Assembly: GCA_030950365.1 (NCBI GenBank)
Contig: JAUZRQ010000023.1
Location: 3,235-67,234 of the forward strand
Direction: 5' to 3'
Length of the DNA stretch: 64,000 bases
From: Candidatus Zhuqueibacterota bacterium
GTDB lineage: Bacteria > Zhuqueibacterota > Zhuqueibacteria > Zhuqueibacterales > Geothermadaptataceae
Numbering within the stretch: position 1 is the stretch's first letter; the number at the start of each line of letters is the position of its first letter. The notes below the pieces were generated by a model that ran no database searches, was not told where the DNA came from, and was given only the letters and a program-made list of their open reading frames with translations. This document shows positions 16,967 through 26,682 of the stretch, one piece after another. Both the position numbers and the translations under genes were made by a program.

Positions 16967-18541
16967 TCATTTCAGCGTATCTGCAGCGGCGCCGTTTTTG
17001 GCCGCCTTCTTCTCGTCCGCGTGCTTCGCGGCTCCGGCTTTTTCCCCGGCCGTGCTATCGGCCTTCAGCACGACCACGCCCTTGCCGCCGAGGTTCATTT
17101 TGAGCTTCTTCAGCAACTCGGGCGTAAGGGTGATAGTCTTTTTCTGAGCGCCGGCTTCGCCCATCTTGACGCCCATTTTTTCCAGCATCGCTTGCATACC
17201 TCCGGGAGCGCCTCCGGGCGGCTCCGGCGGCTTGTTGCGATGCGCCTCGTAATCAAACGTGATGCCACGCTGCTGCATCTCCGAAAACAAGCGCTGCCGC
17301 AATGAATCCGGCGTGTCGATCGTTTGCCGGAAGGCCAGATATCCCAGTGGCCGCGCATCCGGATCGTCCGGCTCCCAGGCGAACGCCTCGCCGGGTTGCA
17401 CGCCATCGAGGATCTGCACGTAAAAATCGTTGCGTTTGCCCAGTTGCACCGGCCGCGCGCGCCCGGGACTGGACCGGGGATACACCACCGGCTGGCCGTT
17501 CTTTTCAAACACGCAGCCGATGGGCAGGAGAACCGCATCCGGGATCACATCCAACTCGATAAACGCCTGGGCCGTCATGCCCGGCTTGAGCAGACTATCC
17601 CTCCCGGCGATTTCCAGCTCCACCTCAAACACTTTGATCGGGCTGCCCCGTTTCACTTTTTCCGGGATTTGGGCGATCGAGGTGATGTGCGCATCGAACC
17701 AACGCTCGGGGAAGGCTTCCAGGCGCACGCGGGCGGTTTGCCCCGGCTTAAGCATGGCGATATCCACTTCATTGACGGTGATGCGCGTTTTCATGCGGTT
17801 CAAGTCGGGCAGATCGATCAGGCCGCGGCCGGGGCGCACTTTGCCGCCCAGCTCCGGCTTGCGCCCATTCCAATCCCGGTGATACACCGCCATGCCGGAA
17901 ATCGGCGCCCGCAACGTAAGTTGACGTAGCTGCGTCTCGATATCCCTGACGTCGTTCTCTGCGTGCAGGATGAGCAATTGCTGCTTTTTCTCCTTCGATG
18001 CATGAATGATGCGCTGGGCTTTCAGCCGGGTCTCGGCCTCTTTGAGCGCAATTTCGGCTTTGAGCACCTCGAGCTGACCGTCTTCCTGGCGGGCTTTGGA
18101 CTCGAATTTGAGTTGTTCCAGTTGCACCTTCGCCAGTTGTAGGGTATAGCGAGCGATTTCCACCATCTGTTCCAGTTCGCGGATTTTCGCGGCGTGCTCC
18201 ACGCGCATGCGCTTCATTTCAGCACGGCGCATGTCCAGCTCGGTCTGTTTGGCCTCGAGCCGGGTCAGCAAAACCGCGGGATCGATCCGCACCACCACCT
18301 CGCCGGAATCCACCATGGCGCCCTCTGGCACCAGATCGATGATCTGCATATCCAGGTTCCAGATTTTTGGTGCGGCGACAATGGTGCTCTTCACTGCCTC
18401 GATCTCACCGGATTCCACCAATTCCACGCGCAGAGTCCCCTGCCGGGCAATGGCCCAGCGGCCATCCCCGGCCGCTGATTCGGTTGTGGAAATAGAAAAC
18501 CACAGGACAGCACCCAGCAACCATAAGCTGGCTCTTTGCAT
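16967..18541 (-). CDS. HlyD-type periplasmic adaptor 2 with Gly/Ala/Lys-rich C-terminal extension
   Basis: 524-aa ORF with AAGGAAA SD. Signal/anchor MQRASLWLLGAVLWFSIS, a coiled-coil hairpin, and an adaptor beta-barrel region. The ~110-aa low-complexity tail is not seen in adaptor 1. Confidence 0.8.
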   Translation of the reverse strand: MQRASLWLLGAVLWFSISTTESAAGDGRWAIARQGTLRVELVESGEIEAVKSTIVAAPKIWNLDMQIIDLVPEGAMVDSGEVVVRIDPAVLLTRLEAKQTELDMRRAEMKRMRVEHAAKIRELEQMVEIARYTLQLAKVQLEQLKFESKARQEDGQLEVLKAEIALKEAETRLKAQRIIHASKEKKQQLLILHAENDVRDIETQLRQLTLRAPISGMAVYHRDWNGRKPELGGKVRPGRGLIDLPDLNRMKTRITVNEVDIAMLKPGQTARVRLEAFPERWFDAHITSIAQIPEKVKRGSPIKVFEVELEIAGRDSLLKPGMTAQAFIELDVIPDAVLLPIGCVFEKNGQPVVYPRSSPGRARPVQLGKRNDFYVQILDGVQPGEAFAWEPDDPDARPLGYLAFRQTIDTPDSLRQRLFSEMQQRGITFDYEAHRNKPPEPPGGAPGGMQAMLEKMGVKMGEAGAQKKTITLTPELLKKLKMNLGGKGVVVLKADSTAGEKAGAAKHADEKKAAKNGAAADTLK

Positions 18542-19429
18542 GCGATGGTTTCCTTTTATAAAGGTGATCCCCGTTTGTTTCAGGCTGGAAAAATCTGTCT
18601 GTTTGACGCAAAAACAGCGCGGAAGGTTTTAGTCTTTTTGCAACAAATCGATATTTTTTAAATCAACAGCACTTAAACTAACTGTTTAGTAGATAAAGTG
18701 CAAGCAAATAAATACGGCGTTGTGAATTTTCATGTAACGATTCAGCTATTGCTTGATGCAATCGTTACTGTCATCGCGAGCAGCCGCCGCAAGGCAGGTG
18801 TGCCTGTCCGACTGTTGACGGACGTGTCCGACTACTGGCGGATGGCGTTCTCTTATTAGCTAGATAGGCGATTAAGATCGTTCGTCGCTTCGTTCCTCGC
18901 AATGAAGGACAGAAGGGCTGAACACTTCCATTTTTACCCCCGACCATAAGTATTCATGAGCATTACAAGACCATGCTCTCTCCGTAGCAAAATCTCGGAG
19001 CGGCGGCACGGTCTCTCGTAGCACGTCATTGTATAATATCGGACGAGCATTTCGATATCGTTTGCAATGAAAACCACCTTCCGCAACGATGTGGGATTGA
19101 AGAAATTGGGAGGCGTTAAAAGAATTTATCGAGCCGACTTTTAAACCGGGATGGTAAACGCTAATTTTAAGGCAGAAACGTGGCTTCGGCCATTGCACAA
19201 TGCGTGATCAGGCTAACGGCATCTGCAGAATTCTGTTTGCAACGATTCATTCCTACCAACCGCAAGGGACAGAAGCCGTTATCGTGCCCGCTTTATTAAA
19301 GGGCGCGGCCGTGTTTTTGCGTTGGTCGAGGCGATGGCATCGATGCGGCATTTGTTCCACAGAGAATGTAGGCCCCCTTGAAATTAAATAGATGGAAACG
19401 GTTTCTGTGCTTTGCAGCTAACTTGTTGC
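18542..19429. other. 888-bp ORF-poor region between the SNF2 stop and the adaptor-2 start
   Basis: The longest ORFs (108 aa minus, 63 aa plus) lack SD sequences and homology cues. The region contains short repeats and several stable local hairpins (see findings). Confidence 0.7.
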
Positions 19430-22400
19430 TCATTTTTGAAGAATGAGATTCATGAGCTCTTCCGGGGTCATGCGGGCGACGGCGTCACCTTCGGCCAGCA
19501 GCACCTCGGCCAGCTCGCGCTTCTCCCGGTGCAGTTCCAGAATCTTTTCTTCGATGGTGCCGCGCGTGACCAGGCGGTAAATGGTCACCGGATGTTCCTG
19601 CCCGATCCGGTGTGCGCGGTCCGAGGCTTGATCCTCCACGGCCGGATTCCACCACGGATCCATGTGGATGACATAGTCCGCAGCGGTTAAGTTGAGGCCA
19701 AAGCCGCCAGCGCGCAGGCTGATCAGGAACAAATCGCCCTCCCCCGCCTGAAATGCATTGACGCGCTTCTCGCGCTCCTTGACCGGCGTGCTGCCGTCGA
19801 GGTACTGATACTTCAATCCCACCTTCTCCACCACGTCTCGAATCAGTTTGAGATGATCCACAAACTGGCTGAAAACCAACGCCTTGTGGTTATTTTCTTT
19901 CAATTCAAGAATGATTTCCTCAAACAGCTTCAGCTTGGAAGATTCGATGTTCATGTCCGATGTCACCAGTTGCGGACTGCAGCAGGCCCGGCGCAATTTC
20001 ATGATCAGGGCCAGAATTTTGATCAGAGTCTTGCCGCGGCCGCCCTCGATTTGTTGCATATCCTGAATCATCCGTTCCCGGAGAGCTTCATAAAATGCCG
20101 CTTCTTCCGGGCTTAAATCCACAAACAGGGTGATTTCCGTTTTGGGCGGCAGTTCACTCAACACGTCCGCTTTTCGTCGACGCAGGATGAACGGTTGAAT
20201 CAATTTGCGCAGCCGCTGTTTGGTCGCCATGTCGTTGTGGCGCTCAATCGGGGTGGCAAACCGGCGATTGAACTCCTCCCACGAGCCCAGCAGCCCGGGA
20301 TTGAGAAACCGAAAGAGCGTCCACAGTTCGCCGAGATGGTTTTCAATCGGCGTGCCGGTGGTGATCATTTTGAATTTGGCCTTCATATCCATAGCCACCT
20401 TAGAGCGCTTGGTGGCCATATTTTTGATGGCCTGCGCCTCGTCCAGCACGATCACTTCCCAATCGATGTCCTTCAAAAGTTCGTGCTCGCGCACCAGCAA
20501 ACCGTAGCTGATCACCAGCACGTCAAACGCCCCGAGCGCACGGATCGTATCCTCGCGATGATTTTGATCCAGCGTGTGCATGTTCAGGGTCGGGGCAAAC
20601 CGTTGCGCCTCGGCCACCCAGTTGAACGTCACCGACGCGGGCGCCACCACCAGCATGGGCCCGTTTTGGGCTCGGGTCAATATCAGCGCCAGCGCCTGCA
20701 GGGTTTTTCCCAGGCCCATATCATCGGCCAGACACGCGCCCACGCCCCAATCGGCCAACTGACACAGCCATTGAAACCCTTCCACCTGATACGGCCGCAA
20801 ATCCGCCTGCAACGTGGATGGAACCTCCGGCCGTTTTTTCAACGCCCGCTCGATGCGCCTTTTGTGCTTTTCCCACTCAGAGTCCGATTCCACCTTGCCG
20901 GCCTGCTCGAACAGCCCCTGCAGCGCCAGAGCGGCCGACGGATGAAAGCGCACACGGGATTTGCTGGATTGAGTAAACTGTTTCATTTCCTCCAGACGCC
21001 GGCGAAGCTGCTCACTCAGTTTCAGAAACCGATTCGCATCCAACTGGATAAACCGTCCGGCAGCGTTATCCAGAAGCGGCAGGAGCTCCAGAATCTTGAG
21101 TCTGGTTTGCGCATCAATCTTTAAGTCGCCGGTCAGCGAGAACCAGTCCCGATCTTTCTTCACCCGCAAGGCCAGATTCTCGAATGAAATCGCAGACGTC
21201 ACCTGCAGAGCCTTGCCCTCCGGCCACTCAATAACGATGCGGTCGCCCAGTTCCTCCAGAGCGCTGAGCATTTCGAGGCAATCTTCCAGATCATCCAGTA
21301 CCCAGCTATCAATCGTCTCATTTTCGCCAATCCAGACTTCGGCGGCGGCCCACACTTCCATCGCGCGCTTTTTTTCTTCTTTTAGATCACGCACCGCCAT
21401 TACCCTCCGGCCGTCAATATCATGAATCACCCGTGCGCTCCCCCGTCCCGGCCGGAAATACGGTCCCTTGTCTCCAAATGGCCTGACGAACAAACTGAAT
21501 TTCATCCCGTTCCCCAGCGGCACAATCCGACAATGAATGCGGGGATGGCTTTCCACCTGTTCAAATTGCTCCCCCATCGATTCGATATCGGAATGCACAA
21601 CCACGAATCGGGACACCGCGCCGATGGCCTTTCGCAGCTCATCCTCCGCCGACGCCGGCACCCGCAAGCGTCCTTTCCCATCCATCATCTCGGCGATTTT
21701 TCGGTGAATCGATTCCACCGGCACAATCCGAAAGGAGGTTTCGCTATCCGGAAAAACCAGGGTGCCTTCATGGGCGACTGGATGCGAAAATCGCAGAATG
21801 TAGTGATCCGCCTTTTTATCCACCACCAGGTGCGGCTTCTCCAGTTGCAGCTCCAGCGGTTGGGTCGGATTATGGGCCGAATACACGTGGGGATGGCCGA
21901 CCAGTGCTATAATCGCTTTATCAAAATCAAACACATATTGAGTACCATAATAGTAGTCATTAATAAGTTCAATGCACTCGATCACCTTTTCATCTTCCGG
22001 AGTTATGCAATTCAACTCCCTGGCCATGAGCCGCTTTAAAGCCACATTCTGCCCCCTGCTCCACCGGCCCGATTTATTCATCTTTTGCAATTTGGGCTGA
22101 ATACGCCGACGCTGCATATCGACCAACCAGACGAGACGCTGCTGTGCTGCCCCCTTTTCTGATTTTGTATCCATCCGTATTAACGCCTGTAGCGCCTGTT
22201 GCCAGGGCTCTATCCGTTCAAACATTCGTGTCAGCGGAACCTGACTGATCTCCTGGATCAAGTGTTTGCATTCGGTTTGATACATCTTTCGATATTTTGG
22301 AAAGAATTCAGGCAAGAAGGCCGACAACTGCAAGCGATGCCATGGATGGTCTTTGGCATCTTCATAAACGACATCTAAGCGATAATTGAGCCCGGGATTG

Positions 22401-23554
22401 GCGGGAATGCCCATCCAGTAGGCGATCAGGCCATAAAACAAATACTCAATTTTATACTCCAGATTCCAGACCGTTTCCACAAGCTTCTTTTTACCCTGGC
22501 TCAAATCGCCGTTGAGATACACGGCCCAGGCATTCAGCATTTTATAAATATCGACGAACCAGTACGATTCGCGTATGCCTTTGCGTATCATCTTCAATGC
22601 CATCTCACGCTGCCCGGGATTCTTTTGGCGAAGCAATAGCAAGGGATAATAGATCCCCAATACCCCTGGAACCAGAACAATCCGGACGCCGGTTTTGTCT
22701 TTGACCAGCCGGGCATACGCATCATAATGCTCGAGCGCCTGGTCATACTCTCCATGGCTAACCGCCACGATCGCCCTGGAAAGGTGATGAAGCTCGCCAC
22801 ATTTTTCAGCGATCAAATTCACCATATCCTTGTTTAAGCGACCTTTCAAAAGCAACCCCTGAATGATCGCCAGCTCAACCCCGACACGCTGCTCACCGTC
22901 AAATGAATCCAGATGCTCGATGAAATACTGGAGCACCTCATCTTTCAGCGCCATCATGAAATACCAGCTATGGAAAATTTTATTATTCAACAAGCTCAGT
23001 TTGAAATCGTTTGAAAATTGGTGAAAAAAGTCGGCATCAAATTGTTCGATAAGGATGTCCTCTTCCGGCAGGCCATTCCACGTGGGATCCAGTTTCTCAA
23101 TTTTTTCACGCAATTTATTGGCACGCTTATAATCCTGTTTGTAGATGGCGAATCGCAACTCACGCACAAACCGATCGATTTCATAGCGTGCTTGAAATCC
23201 CTCAGGCAATGGCATTTTGTTACGAATGACATCCATGATGGCATCGGCGACCCCATCATCAAACGCCGACCTGCATCCGAATTCGATAAATTCCTTGTGA
23301 GCTTGAACATGAGTTCGGTTATTATGCACCCAGCCTTTTTCTTCGAAATCCAACAAAAAGGAGTGCACCTCTCTTATGGAAGGTAAGCTGAGTTTTTGCT
23401 CGGATTTTCGGTAGGCAATCCACCATTCAATCAGATTATTCGGCGAACAGGGCTCATAGTTCAGACAGACCATTTGGAACGTCCGCTTTTGCTGAGGAGA
23501 AAGCGCATCCAGCTCCTGACGAAAATTCGCATATTGCATATTCATCAAACTCAT
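19430..23554 (-). CDS. SNF2/Swi2-family DEAD-like helicase with ~900-aa N-terminal region
   Basis: 1374-aa ORF. Helicase motifs LADDMGLGKT (I), DEAQAIKN (II), TGTPIEN (III) and QASDRAHRIGQ (VI) lie in the C-terminal ~480 aa. No SD is evident at ATG 23554, and alternative ATGs sit 3 and 5 codons downstream. Confidence 0.9.
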   Translation of the reverse strand: MSLMNMQYANFRQELDALSPQQKRTFQMVCLNYEPCSPNNLIEWWIAYRKSEQKLSLPSIREVHSFLLDFEEKGWVHNNRTHVQAHKEFIEFGCRSAFDDGVADAIMDVIRNKMPLPEGFQARYEIDRFVRELRFAIYKQDYKRANKLREKIEKLDPTWNGLPEEDILIEQFDADFFHQFSNDFKLSLLNNKIFHSWYFMMALKDEVLQYFIEHLDSFDGEQRVGVELAIIQGLLLKGRLNKDMVNLIAEKCGELHHLSRAIVAVSHGEYDQALEHYDAYARLVKDKTGVRIVLVPGVLGIYYPLLLLRQKNPGQREMALKMIRKGIRESYWFVDIYKMLNAWAVYLNGDLSQGKKKLVETVWNLEYKIEYLFYGLIAYWMGIPANPGLNYRLDVVYEDAKDHPWHRLQLSAFLPEFFPKYRKMYQTECKHLIQEISQVPLTRMFERIEPWQQALQALIRMDTKSEKGAAQQRLVWLVDMQRRRIQPKLQKMNKSGRWSRGQNVALKRLMARELNCITPEDEKVIECIELINDYYYGTQYVFDFDKAIIALVGHPHVYSAHNPTQPLELQLEKPHLVVDKKADHYILRFSHPVAHEGTLVFPDSETSFRIVPVESIHRKIAEMMDGKGRLRVPASAEDELRKAIGAVSRFVVVHSDIESMGEQFEQVESHPRIHCRIVPLGNGMKFSLFVRPFGDKGPYFRPGRGSARVIHDIDGRRVMAVRDLKEEKKRAMEVWAAAEVWIGENETIDSWVLDDLEDCLEMLSALEELGDRIVIEWPEGKALQVTSAISFENLALRVKKDRDWFSLTGDLKIDAQTRLKILELLPLLDNAAGRFIQLDANRFLKLSEQLRRRLEEMKQFTQSSKSRVRFHPSAALALQGLFEQAGKVESDSEWEKHKRRIERALKKRPEVPSTLQADLRPYQVEGFQWLCQLADWGVGACLADDMGLGKTLQALALILTRAQNGPMLVVAPASVTFNWVAEAQRFAPTLNMHTLDQNHREDTIRALGAFDVLVISYGLLVREHELLKDIDWEVIVLDEAQAIKNMATKRSKVAMDMKAKFKMITTGTPIENHLGELWTLFRFLNPGLLGSWEEFNRRFATPIERHNDMATKQRLRKLIQPFILRRRKADVLSELPPKTEITLFVDLSPEEAAFYEALRERMIQDMQQIEGGRGKTLIKILALIMKLRRACCSPQLVTSDMNIESSKLKLFEEIILELKENNHKALVFSQFVDHLKLIRDVVEKVGLKYQYLDGSTPVKEREKRVNAFQAGEGDLFLISLRAGGFGLNLTAADYVIHMDPWWNPAVEDQASDRAHRIGQEHPVTIYRLVTRGTIEEKILELHREKRELAEVLLAEGDAVARMTPEELMNLILQK

Positions 23555-23850
23555 TCTTATGCAATTTATTTAACTATTCATTTTTCTAAATTCGAGTTTT
23601 GCATTATCATTCCGTTTTTTCGCCGTTCTGCAATTAAAGAATGGTGGAGAATACCAGAATCTCGATCGACGACACGATCCATGAATGACAAAAGATTAAA
23701 TGGCTGACAAGCGCCAGGTTGCTTCCTTGTGCCTTTTGAGAGCATGCACATGCGAGCGAAATGGCCGTGCTACCCCGCATTCCAGAAGTTGTCCAATCAT
23801 AGGAATACAGAACAAAAAGCATTGCCATTGTAGAGGAGGTGATGTATGAT

Positions 23851-24510
23851 TCACAACATCTTATTCGAGTTGATCACCAGGCTAAATTCGCATCGGAGCA
23901 ACTTGGCGGCGCGTTTGCAATACAGCATGCGCTCCATGAAAATTTCAAAATACTCAGCAATGGGCGATATTTTGGTATCGATGTGCAAATCGAGGGTGAT
24001 GAGTCGCAGGTCATTGTTCACGTGAATGTGCGAACGTTCTACGGCATAGTTGACGCGATCATGAATATCAAATTTGATCATGTCAGGATTGCGCACCCGC
24101 GAGCGATGTACATCGGACTTGTCGGCCAGAATTAAAGCAGCCGACAATGAATTCACTGGCTCGCATCCGCCTTCATCGTGACTGCCGATGGCCGCCACGA
24201 TATCGGCAATCTCTCTCGCGTCCATTCCCATTTGCGAAAGCAGCACATGCGCCAGTACGGCACCAGAACTGGCATGCTCATGCCGATTGATGGCATTGCC
24301 GATGTCGTGCAAATAAGCCGCAATGGCAGCCAATTCAACGGTGCGCTCATCGTATTTCAGCGCAGTCAGGATCTCACGCGCTCGCTTGGCCACCAGTCCC
24401 ACATGCCGGCGGCCGTGCTCGGTATAGCCCAGCAACTCCAGGTTCCGATCCGAAACCACGATATAGGCATCCACATTCGGATTTTTTTTCACATCCTGCA
24501 ACGTGATCAT
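23851..24510 (-). CDS. HD-domain phosphohydrolase
   Basis: 219-aa ORF. H...HD motif in AAIAAYLHDIGNAINRHEHA, preceded by GYTEHGRRH. Confidence 0.75.
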   Translation of the reverse strand: MITLQDVKKNPNVDAYIVVSDRNLELLGYTEHGRRHVGLVAKRAREILTALKYDERTVELAAIAAYLHDIGNAINRHEHASSGAVLAHVLLSQMGMDAREIADIVAAIGSHDEGGCEPVNSLSAALILADKSDVHRSRVRNPDMIKFDIHDRVNYAVERSHIHVNNDLRLITLDLHIDTKISPIAEYFEIFMERMLYCKRAAKLLRCEFSLVINSNKML

Positions 24511-24589
24511 CCCTGTTCCTGCCCGTGATGCATTCCATGAAATATTGATGATAACAGACGAAAAAACCGTGGCATCCGGCGAGCTCCCA

Positions 24590-25210
24590 TCACCGCAAAA
24601 ACGGATTGTTCAGCCGCTCAAAGCCAATGGTGGTGGTTTCCCCATGGCCGGGCAACACCTTGATGTTGTCATCAAGGACAAGCAGCTTGGTCCGGATGGT
24701 TTCGATTAATTGCGGATAGGAGGCGCCAGGCAAATCGGTGCGGCCGATGGAGCCATTGAACAGCACATCGCCGACAACGGCATGGCCATTGCCAATGAGT
24801 GAAATACTACCCGGGGTATGGCCGGGCGTGTGCACCACCTGCATGCTCACCTTACCAAAAGTAATGGCCTGCCCTTCTTCCAGATCAATATCCACGGTGG
24901 GGATGCCGGCGTCCTCCAGCCCAAATAGCCGAGCCGTTTGTGGCAAATTGAGTAAGAAATCCCGGTCCAGTGGGTGCATGGCCGTGGGCAGGCCGGTGAG
25001 GTCCTGAAATTTTTTCAACTGCAACACATGATCCACATGGCCGTGCGTGACGATGATTTGCAGCAATTTCACCCCAAGTTGATTGATAGCCGACATGATG
25101 TAGTCGATCTCATCGCCGGGATCGATAATGATGCCTTCGTTGGTGTCCTCACAACTCAGGATGTAGCAGTTCATGGCAAACGGGCCGACCGGAATCTTTT
25201 CCCATTTCAT
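24590..25210 (-). CDS. MBL-fold metallo-hydrolase (glyoxalase II / YcbL-like)
   Basis: 206-aa ORF. THGHVDH metal-binding motif, later HTPGHTPGS and GDVLF..S.GRTD. Confidence 0.85.
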   Translation of the reverse strand: MKWEKIPVGPFAMNCYILSCEDTNEGIIIDPGDEIDYIMSAINQLGVKLLQIIVTHGHVDHVLQLKKFQDLTGLPTAMHPLDRDFLLNLPQTARLFGLEDAGIPTVDIDLEEGQAITFGKVSMQVVHTPGHTPGSISLIGNGHAVVGDVLFNGSIGRTDLPGASYPQLIETIRTKLLVLDDNIKVLPGHGETTTIGFERLNNPFLR

Positions 25211-26094
25211 ACCGATTTCCTGCGTCGAACAATCTTATACTTTTTCAACTGCTCTACCACCTTATATGGGATAATAAAATTGCCAAACACATTTTGATGC
25301 CCCCGAAAACCATGAAAATCCGATCCTCCGGTCATGAGCAGGCCGTGTTTACGAGCGATCTGCTTCAGCATTTCTTGCGTATGATCGTCATGACTGGGGT
25401 GAATTACCTCGATCCCATCCAACCCTGCGCGGATGAACCGGCGAATCAGCGACTGACTTACCCGATTGCCGGGATGTGCCAGGATGGCAATGCCCTCGGC
25501 CTCGTGAATCAAATGAATCAGCTCCTCCGGGGTATGCTGCCCCTTGTTTACATGCGCGGGCCGGCCATCGCCAATCCACAGATCGAACGCCTCCTGAAAG
25601 CTGGACACGAGTCCGTTCTCCACCATGGCCGCGGCGATATGTGGCCGGCCGATGGAACCGTTGCCGGCGCGGCGCAGCACTTCTTCGAGCTGCAAATGCA
25701 GGCCATACGCGGAAAGCTTTTTCAATATTGCCACCGCACGCTTGCGGCGTGTGATCCGGATTTCCTCGAGGTAATCGGACAGCGAAGCATTGTCAATATC
25801 GATCAAATAGCCCAGAAAATGCAACTCCGTGCCATTCACATGTGTGCCAAGCTCAATGGCAGGGATGATCTCGATGCCGTACTCTGGCGCCAGCTTCAGC
25901 GCCGATTGCAGCGCCGCCACCGTATCGTGATCGGTGATCGCCAGCGCCTTCAGGCCAATCTCTTTAGCGATGCGCAACAGCTCTTCCGGCGACAGAGAGC
26001 CGTCGCTGAAATGAGTATGCGTGTGCAAATCGGCCCAGGCCGTTATTGGAGGATGCGATTGTCCATTGGATGCTGTCTTCCCTGTGTCTGACAA
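25207..26094 (-). CDS. PHP-domain phosphoesterase (TrpH/YciV-like)
   Basis: 295-aa ORF. The start is TTG at 26094 with GGAG 7 nt upstream. DLHTHTHFSDGS and AITDHDT motifs. ATGA overlap with the downstream MBL gene. Confidence 0.8.
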   Translation of the reverse strand: MSDTGKTASNGQSHPPITAWADLHTHTHFSDGSLSPEELLRIAKEIGLKALAITDHDTVAALQSALKLAPEYGIEIIPAIELGTHVNGTELHFLGYLIDIDNASLSDYLEEIRITRRKRAVAILKKLSAYGLHLQLEEVLRRAGNGSIGRPHIAAAMVENGLVSSFQEAFDLWIGDGRPAHVNKGQHTPEELIHLIHEAEGIAILAHPGNRVSQSLIRRFIRAGLDGIEVIHPSHDDHTQEMLKQIARKHGLLMTGGSDFHGFRGHQNVFGNFIIPYKVVEQLKKYKIVRRRKSV

Positions 26095-26107
26095 GGTTAC
26101 TCCAATC

Positions 26108-26662
26108 TTAAATTTTGGGTAACGTTACGCCCTGCTGTGCTTGATACTTGCCCTGTTTATCGGCATAGGAAGTTTCACACTCTTCGTCGCTTTCGAAGAA
26201 CAGAATCTGGGCGATGCCCTCATTGGCATAAATCTTCGCCGGAATGGGTGAGGTGTTGGAAATTTCCAGGGTCACATGCCCTTCCCAGCCCGGTTCCAGC
26301 GGCGTCACATTGGTGATAATGCCGCAACGCGCGTAGGTAGATTTGCCCACACAGATGGTCATCACGTTGCGCGGAATGCGGATGTATTCGACCGTGCGCC
26401 CCAGCGCAAACGAGTTGGGCGGAATGATGCACACATCGCCCTGAAAATCCACCAGTGAGCGCTCATCGAAATTTTTCGGATCGACGATCGTGTTGTTGAT
26501 GTTGGTGAAAATGCGGAACTCGTCGGCAATGCGGATATCGTAACCGTATGAGGAGAGGCCGTACGAAATAACGCCCTTGCGAACCTGGCTCTCGACAAAA
26601 GGTTCAATCATTCCATACTCAAGGGCCATTTTGCGGATCCACTTATCCGATTTGATCGCCAT
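26108..26662 (-). CDS. dcd: dCTP deaminase
   Basis: ORF 26108-26677 (GTG) trimmed to ATG 26662, which has GAGG 6 nt upstream. [13 protein letters not shown]... is the canonical Dcd N-terminus. [11 protein letters not shown] and [13 protein letters not shown] motifs present. Confidence 0.9.
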   Translation of the reverse strand: MAIKSDKWIRKMALEYGMIEPFVESQVRKGVISYGLSSYGYDIRIADEFRIFTNINNTIVDPKNFDERSLVDFQGDVCIIPPNSFALGRTVEYIRIPRNVMTICVGKSTYARCGIITNVTPLEPGWEGHVTLEISNTSPIPAKIYANEGIAQILFFESDEECETSYADKQGKYQAQQGVTLPKI

Positions 26663-26682
26663 AGCCGCCTCATTCACTTGAT

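Noticed and set aside
18872-19391. ORFs 18872-19198 (minus, 108 aa) and 19200-19391 (plus, 63 aa) in the long non-coding region
   Set aside because: No SD, no motif, and the C-terminus of the first is repeat-derived (HCEERSDERS). They are treated as non-coding. I also looked for a decayed ABC ATPase (Walker A, LSGGQ) and did not see one.
23839-24135. 98-aa plus-strand ORF preceded by a perfect GAGGAGG (23833-23839)
   Set aside because: It is entirely antisense to the 3-prime half of the well-supported HD-domain gene, and the translation has no recognisable features. The GAGGAGG is probably coincidental. It would be the only plus-strand gene in 64 kb.
19430-24510. SNF2 helicase plus neighbouring HD-domain gene as an anti-phage defence system (DISARM-, Zorya- or BREX-like)
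   Set aside because: None of the required partners is adjacent: no methyltransferase, PLD/DUF1998, ZorAB-like or nuclease genes. The HD gene is separated by 296 bp and looks like the tail of a housekeeping string (glyA-nrdR-tatC-dcd-PHP-MBL). Only the mosaic composition of the SNF2 gene is kept as a finding.
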